A stretch of 62,006 bases of DNA from positions 1 to 62,006 of the forward strand of contig JAFRSF010000030.1 in assembly GCA_017427715.1 (NCBI GenBank). Reading direction: 5' to 3'. A model generated the notes under the pieces. That model searched no databases and was not told the origin of the DNA. It was given only the letters and a program-made list of their open reading frames with translations. How positions within the stretch are numbered: the first letter of the stretch is position 1; each line of letters opens with the position of its first letter. Origin of the DNA: Alphaproteobacteria bacterium (lineage in GTDB: Bacteria; Pseudomonadota; Alphaproteobacteria; Rs-D84). Position numbers and translations under genes: made by a program. Shown piece by piece: positions 34,970-43,911 of this stretch.

Positions 34970-36340
34970 ATGACCAGATTTACCAAGATAACCGCATCTA
35001 TTGGCCCGAAATGTGAAGATGTTGATACTTTGACCCGTATGATAAAGGCGGGTGTCAGTGTATGTCGTCTGAATTTCAGTCATGATACTGGAGACATTCA
35101 GGGCGATAAAATAGATATGATACGTTCTGTTGCAAAAAATGTCGGTGTGCCTGTGGCAATAATGGTCGATATTCAGGGACCTAAACACAGAATTGGAGAT
35201 TTTGAATCTGACAAGCATTATCCTTTAAAAATCGGTCAGAAATTTATTTTGGATTCTGATTCAACACCTGGCGATGAAAATCGTGTTCAATTGCCTGATA
35301 TGGATGTAATTCATTCATTAAACATTGGTGACAGGGTATTGTTAAATGATGGTAAAATTGAATTACGTGTTGATGCAGTATTTGATGATTCTGTGGAAAC
35401 CACTGTTGTGCGGGGCGATGAAATTTGGTCAAGACGTGGTTTTAATCTGCCGGATACCGATATAGATACAGATATTTTAACCACCAAAGACAAAGCAGAT
35501 TTAGAATATGCAATAACCAAAAATCCAGATTATATCGCCGTGTCTTTTGTGCAACGCGCCGAAGATATTTCAAACGTTCGTGATTTTATAACTGAACGAA
35601 CAGCACATCCAATAAAAATAATCGCAAAAATTGAACGTCCGAATGCAGTTAAACGTATTGTTGATATTGCAAATGCAGCAGATGCTATTATGATTGCGCG
35701 CGGTGATTTGGCTGTGGAATTACCCTTTGAACAGGTGCCAGCAGTATCACGTTATATTTTGCGTGAATGCAGAAAATTAAATAAACCGGTGATTATGGCA
35801 ACACAAATGTTATCTTCGATGGTTTATTCAGAATTTCCAACACGTGCCGAAATTTCAGATGTTGCAAATGCGGCATATTTACGTGCGGATTCTACAATGA
35901 CATCAGAAGAAACGACAATTGGCGATAATCCAGTTAATGTTATTGAAACTATGCAAAAGATTTTGTCTTTTTCAGATCAAGATACAATTGATAATCCATA
36001 TGATTGGTCGCGTATGGATCATGTACCTGAAAATGATTGGTCGCGTTCTGTATCGTCTATGGCGTTTTTAAACAAAGCATCTGCCATAGTTGTTTTTGCG
36101 CGTAACACAGATGCAACAATTCAAATTTCTTGTCGGCGGCCAGATATTCCAATTATCGCTGTGTGTAACGAACAAGTAATCGCAAATCAGTTGTGTTTAT
36201 CACGTGGTGTGTTGCCAATATGTGATATATCTTTGTTTGGACAACGTGATGCATTTGCTGCTGCAGAATTATTCGGTATTAGAACTGGCAGATTGGTCAT
36301 TGTAGACGAAGAAAAAATCAGTTTGCGCACTTTGGATTAA
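34970..36340 (+). CDS. pyk: pyruvate kinase
   Basis: Motifs TKITASIGP, CRLNFSH, MVDIQGPKHRIG, MIARGDLAVE, ATQMLSSM. ATG 34970 follows a GGGGG SD. Confidence 0.93.
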   Translation: MTRFTKITASIGPKCEDVDTLTRMIKAGVSVCRLNFSHDTGDIQGDKIDMIRSVAKNVGVPVAIMVDIQGPKHRIGDFESDKHYPLKIGQKFILDSDSTPGDENRVQLPDMDVIHSLNIGDRVLLNDGKIELRVDAVFDDSVETTVVRGDEIWSRRGFNLPDTDIDTDILTTKDKADLEYAITKNPDYIAVSFVQRAEDISNVRDFITERTAHPIKIIAKIERPNAVKRIVDIANAADAIMIARGDLAVELPFEQVPAVSRYILRECRKLNKPVIMATQMLSSMVYSEFPTRAEISDVANAAYLRADSTMTSEETTIGDNPVNVIETMQKILSFSDQDTIDNPYDWSRMDHVPENDWSRSVSSMAFLNKASAIVVFARNTDATIQISCRRPDIPIIAVCNEQVIANQLCLSRGVLPICDISLFGQRDAFAAAELFGIRTGRLVIVDEEKISLRTLD

Positions 36341-36403
36341 AATAAAAAAATGATGTTTTTTGTATTGACCAAATTATAGTATTTTTACTATGATTTTACA
36401 GTG

Positions 36404-37555
36404 ATGAGGAAGTTTTTATCTTACATTGTTATTGTATTACTGTACTTTGGTAATGCCTTTGCCAAAGATTACAGGGCTGTATTGGTCGCAGATATTGATT
36501 CTGGACGTGTTTTATATCAAGAAAGCGCAAATGAATTAAATTATCCAGCCAGTTTAACAAAGATTATGACATTATATTTGACATTTGATGCGCTGGAACA
36601 TAAGCGTTTGCAGTTGGACGATTATTTAATCGTTTCACAATCTGCTGCAAATGCTCAACCTGTTAAATTAGGATTAAGTGCAGGTAGCAAAATCAAGGTT
36701 GAAGATGCAATTAAGGCGGTGGCTGTTCATTCTGCAAACGATGTTGCGCGTGTGTTGGCTGAAAATCTTCAGGGCGGGAAAGAAGGCAACTTTGCGACAT
36801 TAATGACACGTGTTGCGAACGAAATTGGTTTGCAACAAACTAACTTTGAAAACTCTTCAGGATTACCAAATGATGACCATTTATCGACTGCGCGTGATAT
36901 TGCTTTGTTGTCTATGGCGGTGTATAAACATTTTCCGCAATATTGGAAATATTTTGGAATAAAATCTTGGACTTATAACGGTAAAACTTACACAAACGGG
37001 AACAGGTTATTAACGACATATCCGGGTTGTGATGGTATGAAAACAGGGTTTACTAATAAATCAAAATATTCTTTGGTTGCGACTGCAAAACGTGATAGCA
37101 AACATTTAATTGCGGTTGTGTTGGGGGCTGATAACAAAGATGTGCGTGCCAGTGTCGCAACAGAAATGCTAGACCTTGGATTTTCTAAAATCGGAAAATC
37201 GACAACAAATTATGATTATCAAAATAATACGCATGTTGTATCAGCCAATCAAAATAATCCAGTTGCAAAATATGCACAAGATGCGCAACAATATAAACCT
37301 ATACAAAAAACACAGCAACATACTGTAAAATATTCTAGTGGTGGGGCAGGTGTTCAATTTGGCGCGTTTTCATCATATGAATCTGCAAAGAATCAGGTTA
37401 AACGTGTTAAAAATGCAACTGGTTTAAATGCAACCATAGAACAAAACGATGGTGGTTTATATCGTGTGCGTGTAAATGGTTTGACTGATGGCGATGCACA
37501 AAAAATAAAAAATACTGCATCTGCAAATGGTATAGATTGTTATATATTTCACTAG
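36404..37555 (+). CDS. dacA: D-alanyl-D-alanine carboxypeptidase (PBP5/6 class) with C-terminal SPOR domain
   Basis: SLTKIM (SxxK), SANDVA (SxN), KTGFT (KTG). The C-terminal GVQFGAFSSYESAKNQVKRV...GLYRVRVNGL...A...GIDCYIF is a SPOR pattern. Confidence 0.88.
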   Translation: MRKFLSYIVIVLLYFGNAFAKDYRAVLVADIDSGRVLYQESANELNYPASLTKIMTLYLTFDALEHKRLQLDDYLIVSQSAANAQPVKLGLSAGSKIKVEDAIKAVAVHSANDVARVLAENLQGGKEGNFATLMTRVANEIGLQQTNFENSSGLPNDDHLSTARDIALLSMAVYKHFPQYWKYFGIKSWTYNGKTYTNGNRLLTTYPGCDGMKTGFTNKSKYSLVATAKRDSKHLIAVVLGADNKDVRASVATEMLDLGFSKIGKSTTNYDYQNNTHVVSANQNNPVAKYAQDAQQYKPIQKTQQHTVKYSSGGAGVQFGAFSSYESAKNQVKRVKNATGLNATIEQNDGGLYRVRVNGLTDGDAQKIKNTASANGIDCYIFH

Positions 37556-37568
37556 GAATTAAATAAAC

Positions 37569-38159
37569 ATGAATCCGAAAATAGAAAGATTAATAAAACA
37601 ATTTGCAAAATTACCACGTGTTGGAACACGGGCGGCTACGCGTATAGTTTTTGAATTATTACAAAACAAAACAGGCAAAGCGCAAAATCTTGCTAGTGCA
37701 TTATTAGATGCATCAGAAACAATACATCCGTGTCCAATATGTGGTGTTTTAACAGAAAACACAGTTTGTGAATATTGTTCTGATGTGGCGCGTCAAAATG
37801 GTTGTTTATGTATTGTTCGTGATATTTCAGATGTATATGTTTTGGAAAAAGCGGGCATATTTCATGGGCGTTATCATGTGTTGGGTGGTAATTTATCCGG
37901 TGTTTCCGGAATTACACCTGCAGATTTAAATATTGCAAATATTGCAGACAGAATCAAAAATGAAAATGTATCAGAAATTATATTCGCATTACCAAACACA
38001 GTTGAAGGAAAAACAACACAACAGTACATAATGTCAACTGTTGCGATGCCTGACGTTGTGTTTTCTGAATTGGCATCAGGTGTTCCGTTGGGTGGGGATT
38101 TAGATTATATTGATGATGGGACATTGATGTTGGCATTTGGGGACAGAAAAAAATTATGA
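37569..38159 (+). CDS. recR: recombination protein RecR
   Basis: HhH N-terminus KLPRVGTRAATRI, Cys4 finger CPICGVLTENTVCEYC, and a Toprim segment. Confidence 0.95.
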   Translation: MNPKIERLIKQFAKLPRVGTRAATRIVFELLQNKTGKAQNLASALLDASETIHPCPICGVLTENTVCEYCSDVARQNGCLCIVRDISDVYVLEKAGIFHGRYHVLGGNLSGVSGITPADLNIANIADRIKNENVSEIIFALPNTVEGKTTQQYIMSTVAMPDVVFSELASGVPLGGDLDYIDDGTLMLAFGDRKKL

Positions 38160-38983
38160 CAGATAAAATTGAATCTTTACCACCAGTGGCAGAAATGATG
38201 CGTATGTCTGGTCTTGAACCAAAAAAACAGTTTGGTCAGAACTTTTTATTTGATTTGAATTTAACTGGAAAAATTGCACGTGCTGTACCTGATATTCAGA
38301 AAAATATTGTTGTAGAAATTGGACCTGGACCAGGCGGGTTGACACGTGCATTATTGATGGCCGGTGCTAAACAGGTTATTGCGATTGAAAAAGACAAAAC
38401 AACAGAACCAATTTTGAATCAGATTATAAATAAATCTGATGGTAAATTACAGGTTATCTTTGGCGATGCATTAAAAACAGATTTAAATCATTTGGACACT
38501 TATGCAGTATGTGCCAATTTACCATATAATGTTGGTACTGAATTGTTGATAAATTGGTTGCATCAAATTGCAGGTGGGCAAAAAATAAAATCTTTGACTT
38601 TGATGTTTCAAAAAGAAGTTGCACAACGTATTGTCGCAATGCCAAATACCAAACAATATGGGCGATTATCAGTGTTGGCTAATTTAATTGCAGATACGAG
38701 AATATTATTTGATGTGCCAAATACGGCCTTTGTTCCACGTCCCAAAGTACAATCTGCAGTGGTACAAATAATTCCAAATAAAAACAAAATAAAAATGATT
38801 GATGATATTACAAAATTGGAAAAATTAACTGCAAAATTATTCGGGCAAAGACGAAAAATGATACGTGGAATTATAAAAACAGATTGGGAAAAATACGGTT
38901 TGTTTGGTACAGAACGTGCGGAAGAATTGTCACCAGAAATATTTCTAGAAATATCAAGAAATATACCGATTAATCTGTTATAA
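38156..38983 (+). CDS. rsmA: 16S rRNA (adenine1518/1519-N6)-dimethyltransferase
   Basis: KKQFGQNFL start motif and SAM motif VVEIGPGPGGLT, plus NLPYNV. ATGA overlap with recR. Confidence 0.95.
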   Translation: MTDKIESLPPVAEMMRMSGLEPKKQFGQNFLFDLNLTGKIARAVPDIQKNIVVEIGPGPGGLTRALLMAGAKQVIAIEKDKTTEPILNQIINKSDGKLQVIFGDALKTDLNHLDTYAVCANLPYNVGTELLINWLHQIAGGQKIKSLTLMFQKEVAQRIVAMPNTKQYGRLSVLANLIADTRILFDVPNTAFVPRPKVQSAVVQIIPNKNKIKMIDDITKLEKLTAKLFGQRRKMIRGIIKTDWEKYGLFGTERAEELSPEIFLEISRNIPINLL

Positions 38984-39006
38984 TAAAAAAATAAATGGGG
39001 GGAATT

Positions 39007-40707
39007 ATGCCTTTGTCAACATTAATATTTTTTATTTTAGCTTTTGCAACGGTGTTTTTTATGCGTTTATTTAAAATGGGGACACTGTTAGCATTTTTAT
39101 TAACTGGTATTTTAGCGGGTCAACACGTATTTGGTTTGTTTGAATTATCTGGTGCTTGGACTTTTCTGGGTGATTTGGGTATAATGTTTTTGTGGTTCAA
39201 TATCGGTCTGCAAATAAATATGAAACGTTTGTGGCAATTACGCAGAACGATTTTCGGGCTTGGTGCATCCCAAGTTTTGATGGTCGCAGTAATGTTATTT
39301 CCAGTATTGGTTGGTGTGACATCTTGGTCTTTGATGGGAACTATAATGATGGCTTTGATTTTGGCTATGTCCAGTACTTCGGAAGATTTACAGATTTTAA
39401 TTGAAAAAAATCAATTACAAACCACGATGGGACGTCAGACATTTTCGATTTTATTATTTCAAGATTTATTATCAATTCCGTTGCTTGCCATGTTGCCTGT
39501 AATGACTGGAAAATCAATTAATCTGGGTGCTACGGTAATTGATATTTTGGTTATGTCCATCGGATTAATAGCGGGTGTTTTGATTGTGTCAAAGTTTTTA
39601 ATTAATCCTTTGATGCATGTTGTCGCAAAAAGTAAATCCCAGGAAGTTCTGGTTTTGGCGGTCATGGTGAACATAGTTGTTTGGGCGTTTGTGTTGGGTA
39701 AACTGGGTTTGCCAGCTGCATTGGGCGCGTTTTTGGCGGGTATGTTAATGTCAGAAACTGTTTATAGACATCAAATCAGTGCATCTGTTGAACCGTATTC
39801 AATATTATTTATGTCGTTTTTCTTCATAGTTTTGGGTATGGGCATAGATATTCCGTTTTTAAGAAATCATTTATTGTTTGTTTTGGTGGGTGTTGTTGCA
39901 TTAGTGTTGATAAAGTTTTTTGCATTATACATTGTCGCGCGCGTTAGAAATGTTTCAAACAAAGATGCTACGTTAATGTCTTTGATTTTGGCACAGGGTG
40001 GCGAATTTGGTTTATTGATTTTACAAACAATGAAAACACATAATATCAATGCAATTCCAGTTGAACATCAGGAGATTTTAATAGCAATCATCATAGTATC
40101 TATTATGGTTACACCGATATTGTTGTTTGTATATGACCAATTGTTAAAACATGGAAAAATATTCAAAGATGCCAAAAAAACTTTATCCGAACCGCTTACA
40201 GAAACAGCACCAACGGTTATAATATCTGGATTTGGTCGTATGGGACAAATAGTGGCTCAAATGTTAGAATCTGAAAATATACCATACGTTGCCATAGATT
40301 CAAATGTTGATGAAGTAGTGTTAGCACGAGAATACGGATATAATGTTATTTACGGGGATTCCAAAAAGAAAGCGATTTTGTTAGCGGCTGGTTTCAAACC
40401 CAGCAAAACACGTGCAGTAGTTATCGCATTAAATAATGAATATGTTGCGCGTGATATTGTGCAAACTTTGCGCACAATGTCCCCAAGAATAAAGATTTTT
40501 GCACGCGCACACAATTTACAATCTGCCAAAGATTTGATGACAATGGGTGTAAAGACAGCTATGCCAGAAATTATAGAATCGTCTTTTATTTTAGGTGCGC
40601 AATTGTTATATGGATTGGGATTGTCAAAAGTGAAAATCAATTCTTTGATGGAAAAATTGCGCACAGATAATTATGCAAATGTCAGAAAACCCATTGACAA
40701 TAAATAG
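39007..40707 (+). CDS. CPA2 family cation:proton antiporter with TrkA-N domain (KefB/KefC-like)
   Basis: About 13 TM segments, then Rossmann motif VIISGFGRMGQIVAQML. ATG 39007 follows a GGGGGGA SD. Confidence 0.85.
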   Translation: MPLSTLIFFILAFATVFFMRLFKMGTLLAFLLTGILAGQHVFGLFELSGAWTFLGDLGIMFLWFNIGLQINMKRLWQLRRTIFGLGASQVLMVAVMLFPVLVGVTSWSLMGTIMMALILAMSSTSEDLQILIEKNQLQTTMGRQTFSILLFQDLLSIPLLAMLPVMTGKSINLGATVIDILVMSIGLIAGVLIVSKFLINPLMHVVAKSKSQEVLVLAVMVNIVVWAFVLGKLGLPAALGAFLAGMLMSETVYRHQISASVEPYSILFMSFFFIVLGMGIDIPFLRNHLLFVLVGVVALVLIKFFALYIVARVRNVSNKDATLMSLILAQGGEFGLLILQTMKTHNINAIPVEHQEILIAIIIVSIMVTPILLFVYDQLLKHGKIFKDAKKTLSEPLTETAPTVIISGFGRMGQIVAQMLESENIPYVAIDSNVDEVVLAREYGYNVIYGDSKKKAILLAAGFKPSKTRAVVIALNNEYVARDIVQTLRTMSPRIKIFARAHNLQSAKDLMTMGVKTAMPEIIESSFILGAQLLYGLGLSKVKINSLMEKLRTDNYANVRKPIDNK

Positions 40708-40768
40708 ATATTATATTTGCTTTTGTAATACATAATTGCTATATTACCAAAAACCAAGGAAAACAAAA

Positions 40769-41338
40769 ATGAAGAAGTTTTTGAAATATATAGCAATTAT
40801 TGGTATTGCTTTTGTGGCAGATTTTTTTTCTAAAACGGCATTGTTGGGATTTCTGGCGGCGAAATATGGTAATATGGTTTATGATGCCAATAAAATATGC
40901 GCCAAATGTGACATAGAAGGTATTTTTGTATCATGGAAATATATTTTAGGTGGCGATACTTGGTTGTCTAATTTGTTTAATATACAATTTGTATGGAATC
41001 ATGGAATATCTTTTTCTGCATTGAATTCAATAATGCCCATAGTATTGATACTGTTTGGTGCAATTATAATTTCGTATTTGTTTTATTATTTGTTTTTCAA
41101 AGCAGCTCGTTATGAAAAATTAGCGATTTCGATGATAATTGGTGGTGCATTGGGTAATCTGGTGGACAGAATTCGTTTTGGCGCTGTGGCTGATTTTATT
41201 CAATGGCATATTGGTGGTTTATGGACATTTCCTGCAATTTTTAATGTTGGGGATATGTTTATCACTTTTGGTGTGATTATATATTTAATAAATCTGTTTA
41301 GAAACAGAAAGTGTTGTATGTGTAATTGTAAAAAATAA
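40769..41338 (+). CDS. lspA: lipoprotein signal peptidase II
   Basis: Motifs FVWNHGISFS and GGALGNLVDRIRFGAVADF. There is an unusual Cys-rich tail NRKCCMCNCKK. Confidence 0.88.
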   Translation: MKKFLKYIAIIGIAFVADFFSKTALLGFLAAKYGNMVYDANKICAKCDIEGIFVSWKYILGGDTWLSNLFNIQFVWNHGISFSALNSIMPIVLILFGAIIISYLFYYLFFKAARYEKLAISMIIGGALGNLVDRIRFGAVADFIQWHIGGLWTFPAIFNVGDMFITFGVIIYLINLFRNRKCCMCNCKK

Positions 41339-41349
41339 AGGAATGTTTT

Positions 41350-42909
41350 ATGGTAAAATATCTTGATAATAATTCTGGCTTTAATCAATGGAACGCGATG
41401 AATGCAAACAAAGCACGACAAAAAAAGCCCGGTTTTTTAAGTTGGATTTTGATGTTCTTGTTGGCTTGGTGGTTGGTTGGTTTGCTGTTTCCACAGAAAA
41501 ACACAGCCACAGAACCGCTGCAACCTATTGCCATAGAACAATCGTCTGCCGCTGTTCGTAAAATAGATTCAGACAAAATATCTATCGGGGTTCAAGGGTT
41601 GCGTATTGCCAATATATCTTTGAAAGATTTTCATAAATCATCCAAGATATCAGAACCAGTTTCTTTGTTAGACGGTGAAAATAATTTTATAGAAATTGGC
41701 TTTTTATCCGGTGATACCCAGGTGCCAAACATAAATACAAAATGGAATATTGATGCAAATAATTCTGATATGATTTGGAATAATAATTCCAGAATTAAAT
41801 TCAACAGAAATATATCTATTGAAAATTATGTAATCAGAATATCTGATACAATTAAAAATAATTCAACCAAAGAAATCAGCGTTGCACCATACGCACGCGT
41901 AATTCATCCAGGCGGCACGAAATCTTCTGCGGCAGTTGAAACAGGTGGATTGGTTTATGCTAATTCAGATTTAAATTATGCAAATTGGATAAAATTAAAT
42001 AAAAAATCTTTTGCATATTCTACTGTGCGGGGATATTTTGGTTTTGCCCAGCAATATTGGGAAACCATTATTTCAATAGATGCAAACGATCAAACAATTA
42101 GTTTAAAGAAAAACGGTGATATGTATCTAGCAGATGGTAATGTTGCGCCGGTAAAAATTGGGGCAGGACAGACACAAACCATAGATACCTACGTTTTTGC
42201 TGGACCACGCATCGGTCAGGTATTGGATAATGCCGCTGAAAATATTCCGAATATAAATAAAACAATGGATTACGGTTGGTTCTGGTTTTTTGCTCAGCCA
42301 ATGTTGTGGATGATAAATTGGTTATTTAATATGGTCGGCAATTATGGTTTGGCAATTATATTAATGACTTTGATTCTAAGATTGCTGATGTGGCCATTAA
42401 CACGTAAATCGTATACATCAACAATGATGATGCAAAAAATGCAGCCAGAATTACAGCGTATTCAAAAATTATATGTAAATGACAAAGCACGTTTGCAAAT
42501 GGAAATGATGAAAGTGTATCAAGCGCATAAAACTTCGCCAATGGCGGGCTGTTTGCCAATGTTGGTTCAGATTCCAATATTTTTTGCATTATACAAAGCA
42601 TTGTTAATTTCTGTTCCAATGCGCAGCGCCCAATTTTTATGGATATCAGATTTGGCTGCTATGGATCCTTATTTCATATTGCCAATTTTAATGGGTGCAA
42701 CAATGATGCTGCAACAGTATCTGCAAAGTCCTAAAATATCCAAAGATGATAATAATCCTGTGGCGGCCAGCCAACGTGCTATGAAATGGATGCCAATATT
42801 ATTTACGATAATGTTTGCATGGATGCCTGCTGGGTTGGTTTTATATTGGACTATTTCCAATGTGTTCAGTATATTCCAAATGTATATAATCAAGAAAACA
42901 AATAAATAA
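41350..42909 (+). CDS. yidC: membrane protein insertase YidC
   Basis: Large periplasmic P1 domain, then the conserved C-terminal core GLAIILMTLILRLLMWPL...MQPELQRIQKLY...GCLPMLVQIPIFFALY. Confidence 0.93.
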   Translation: MVKYLDNNSGFNQWNAMNANKARQKKPGFLSWILMFLLAWWLVGLLFPQKNTATEPLQPIAIEQSSAAVRKIDSDKISIGVQGLRIANISLKDFHKSSKISEPVSLLDGENNFIEIGFLSGDTQVPNINTKWNIDANNSDMIWNNNSRIKFNRNISIENYVIRISDTIKNNSTKEISVAPYARVIHPGGTKSSAAVETGGLVYANSDLNYANWIKLNKKSFAYSTVRGYFGFAQQYWETIISIDANDQTISLKKNGDMYLADGNVAPVKIGAGQTQTIDTYVFAGPRIGQVLDNAAENIPNINKTMDYGWFWFFAQPMLWMINWLFNMVGNYGLAIILMTLILRLLMWPLTRKSYTSTMMMQKMQPELQRIQKLYVNDKARLQMEMMKVYQAHKTSPMAGCLPMLVQIPIFFALYKALLISVPMRSAQFLWISDLAAMDPYFILPILMGATMMLQQYLQSPKISKDDNNPVAASQRAMKWMPILFTIMFAWMPAGLVLYWTISNVFSIFQMYIIKKTNK

Positions 42910-42929
42910 AAAAGCCCATTTGGGCCTTT

Positions 42930-43274
42930 TTATTTATGATTTATATATCTAAATAATGCATCAGGTGTTTGTATTGCTATATTTTTAATCCCGCACGCGC
43001 GTTTTGTAAATTGTACACAAGTTATAGGTTTTGTTTTTATTGCGTATTTCGGGGTAAATGGGCCGTTGTATTTAATGAATTTCCAGCCGAATGTTTCTAA
43101 TATTTTTAAATCTTTGTGCTTAATAGTAATCAAAGATATGTTGTTTGGTGCAATGAATTGATAAATAATACATTTATTTTTGTTTACTAGAACTGGTGCA
43201 ACATGACGAAAATGTCTACATAAAATACGTGCGTATAATCTATGAGTTCGTGTTGAAAATCCGATGTATAACAT
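42930..43274 (-). CDS. hypothetical protein (His...Cys order reminiscent of permuted NlpC/P60-like hydrolases)
   Basis: 114-aa ORF. FRHVAPV...TCVQFTKRACGI gives a His-then-Cys arrangement. The assignment is speculative. Confidence 0.35.
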   Translation of the reverse strand: MLYIGFSTRTHRLYARILCRHFRHVAPVLVNKNKCIIYQFIAPNNISLITIKHKDLKILETFGWKFIKYNGPFTPKYAIKTKPITCVQFTKRACGIKNIAIQTPDALFRYINHK

Positions 43275-43348
43275 TTTTATATTCCGTTTGTATTGTCGTG
43301 TTCTGATTTATTTCTCTCGTTATGCCCAATAAATCAGAATAATTGTTT

Positions 43349-43699
43349 TTAATCTATCAACCAACCTTTTTTGTTCGCCGCATCTTTCAAAGTATCCATA
43401 GCGTTTTTCCACAACATAGCGGCTTTGTTTTCTGAATAAATATATTGGTGTGGCGCACGTCTTTTGTCACCAAATTTTTTCATGATTTTTAATTGTTCAT
43501 CAGACAATTTGCCAGACAAATATAATTTTGTAATCAAAGTTTCTACATCTAATAATTCACAAGGTCTTTTGGTATTGGCACAGTGATGAATAAATCCGTT
43601 TTGTGCAGATTTAGAATACACAAACCAAAACCACAATTGTTCAGCATTCTGAAACCGTTCTGTGACATTTATATTATTATCAGCCAACATTTTTAACAT
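43349..43699 (-). CDS. hypothetical protein (116 aa)
   Basis: Strong SD aaaggagaaaaaaATG. W-rich N-terminus (QLWFWFVY) and an RPCELLD motif. No confident family assignment. Confidence 0.5.
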   Translation of the reverse strand: MLKMLADNNINVTERFQNAEQLWFWFVYSKSAQNGFIHHCANTKRPCELLDVETLITKLYLSGKLSDEQLKIMKKFGDKRRAPHQYIYSENKAAMLWKNAMDTLKDAANKKGWLID

Positions 43700-43885
43700 T
43701 TTTTTCTCCTTTGTTTTTATATACGTTGGTTATTTATTTTGCATTTCTTTTAATGCAATAAAACCTAGAATAAAAATTGAATTATGTAAAATGATACAAC
43801 TGTAGATAGAAATGCGAATCGGAAAATCGATTCGTTATTTGTTTTGATGTTTTCTGATTCGAATCGGCAAAATGGAAGATTTAAG

Positions 43886-43911
43886 AAAAAATCCGCATTT
43901 GCGGATTTTTT
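43886..43911. terminator. terminator immediately downstream of virB10
   Basis: aaaaaa-tccgca-ttt-gcgga-tttttt. Confidence 0.85.
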
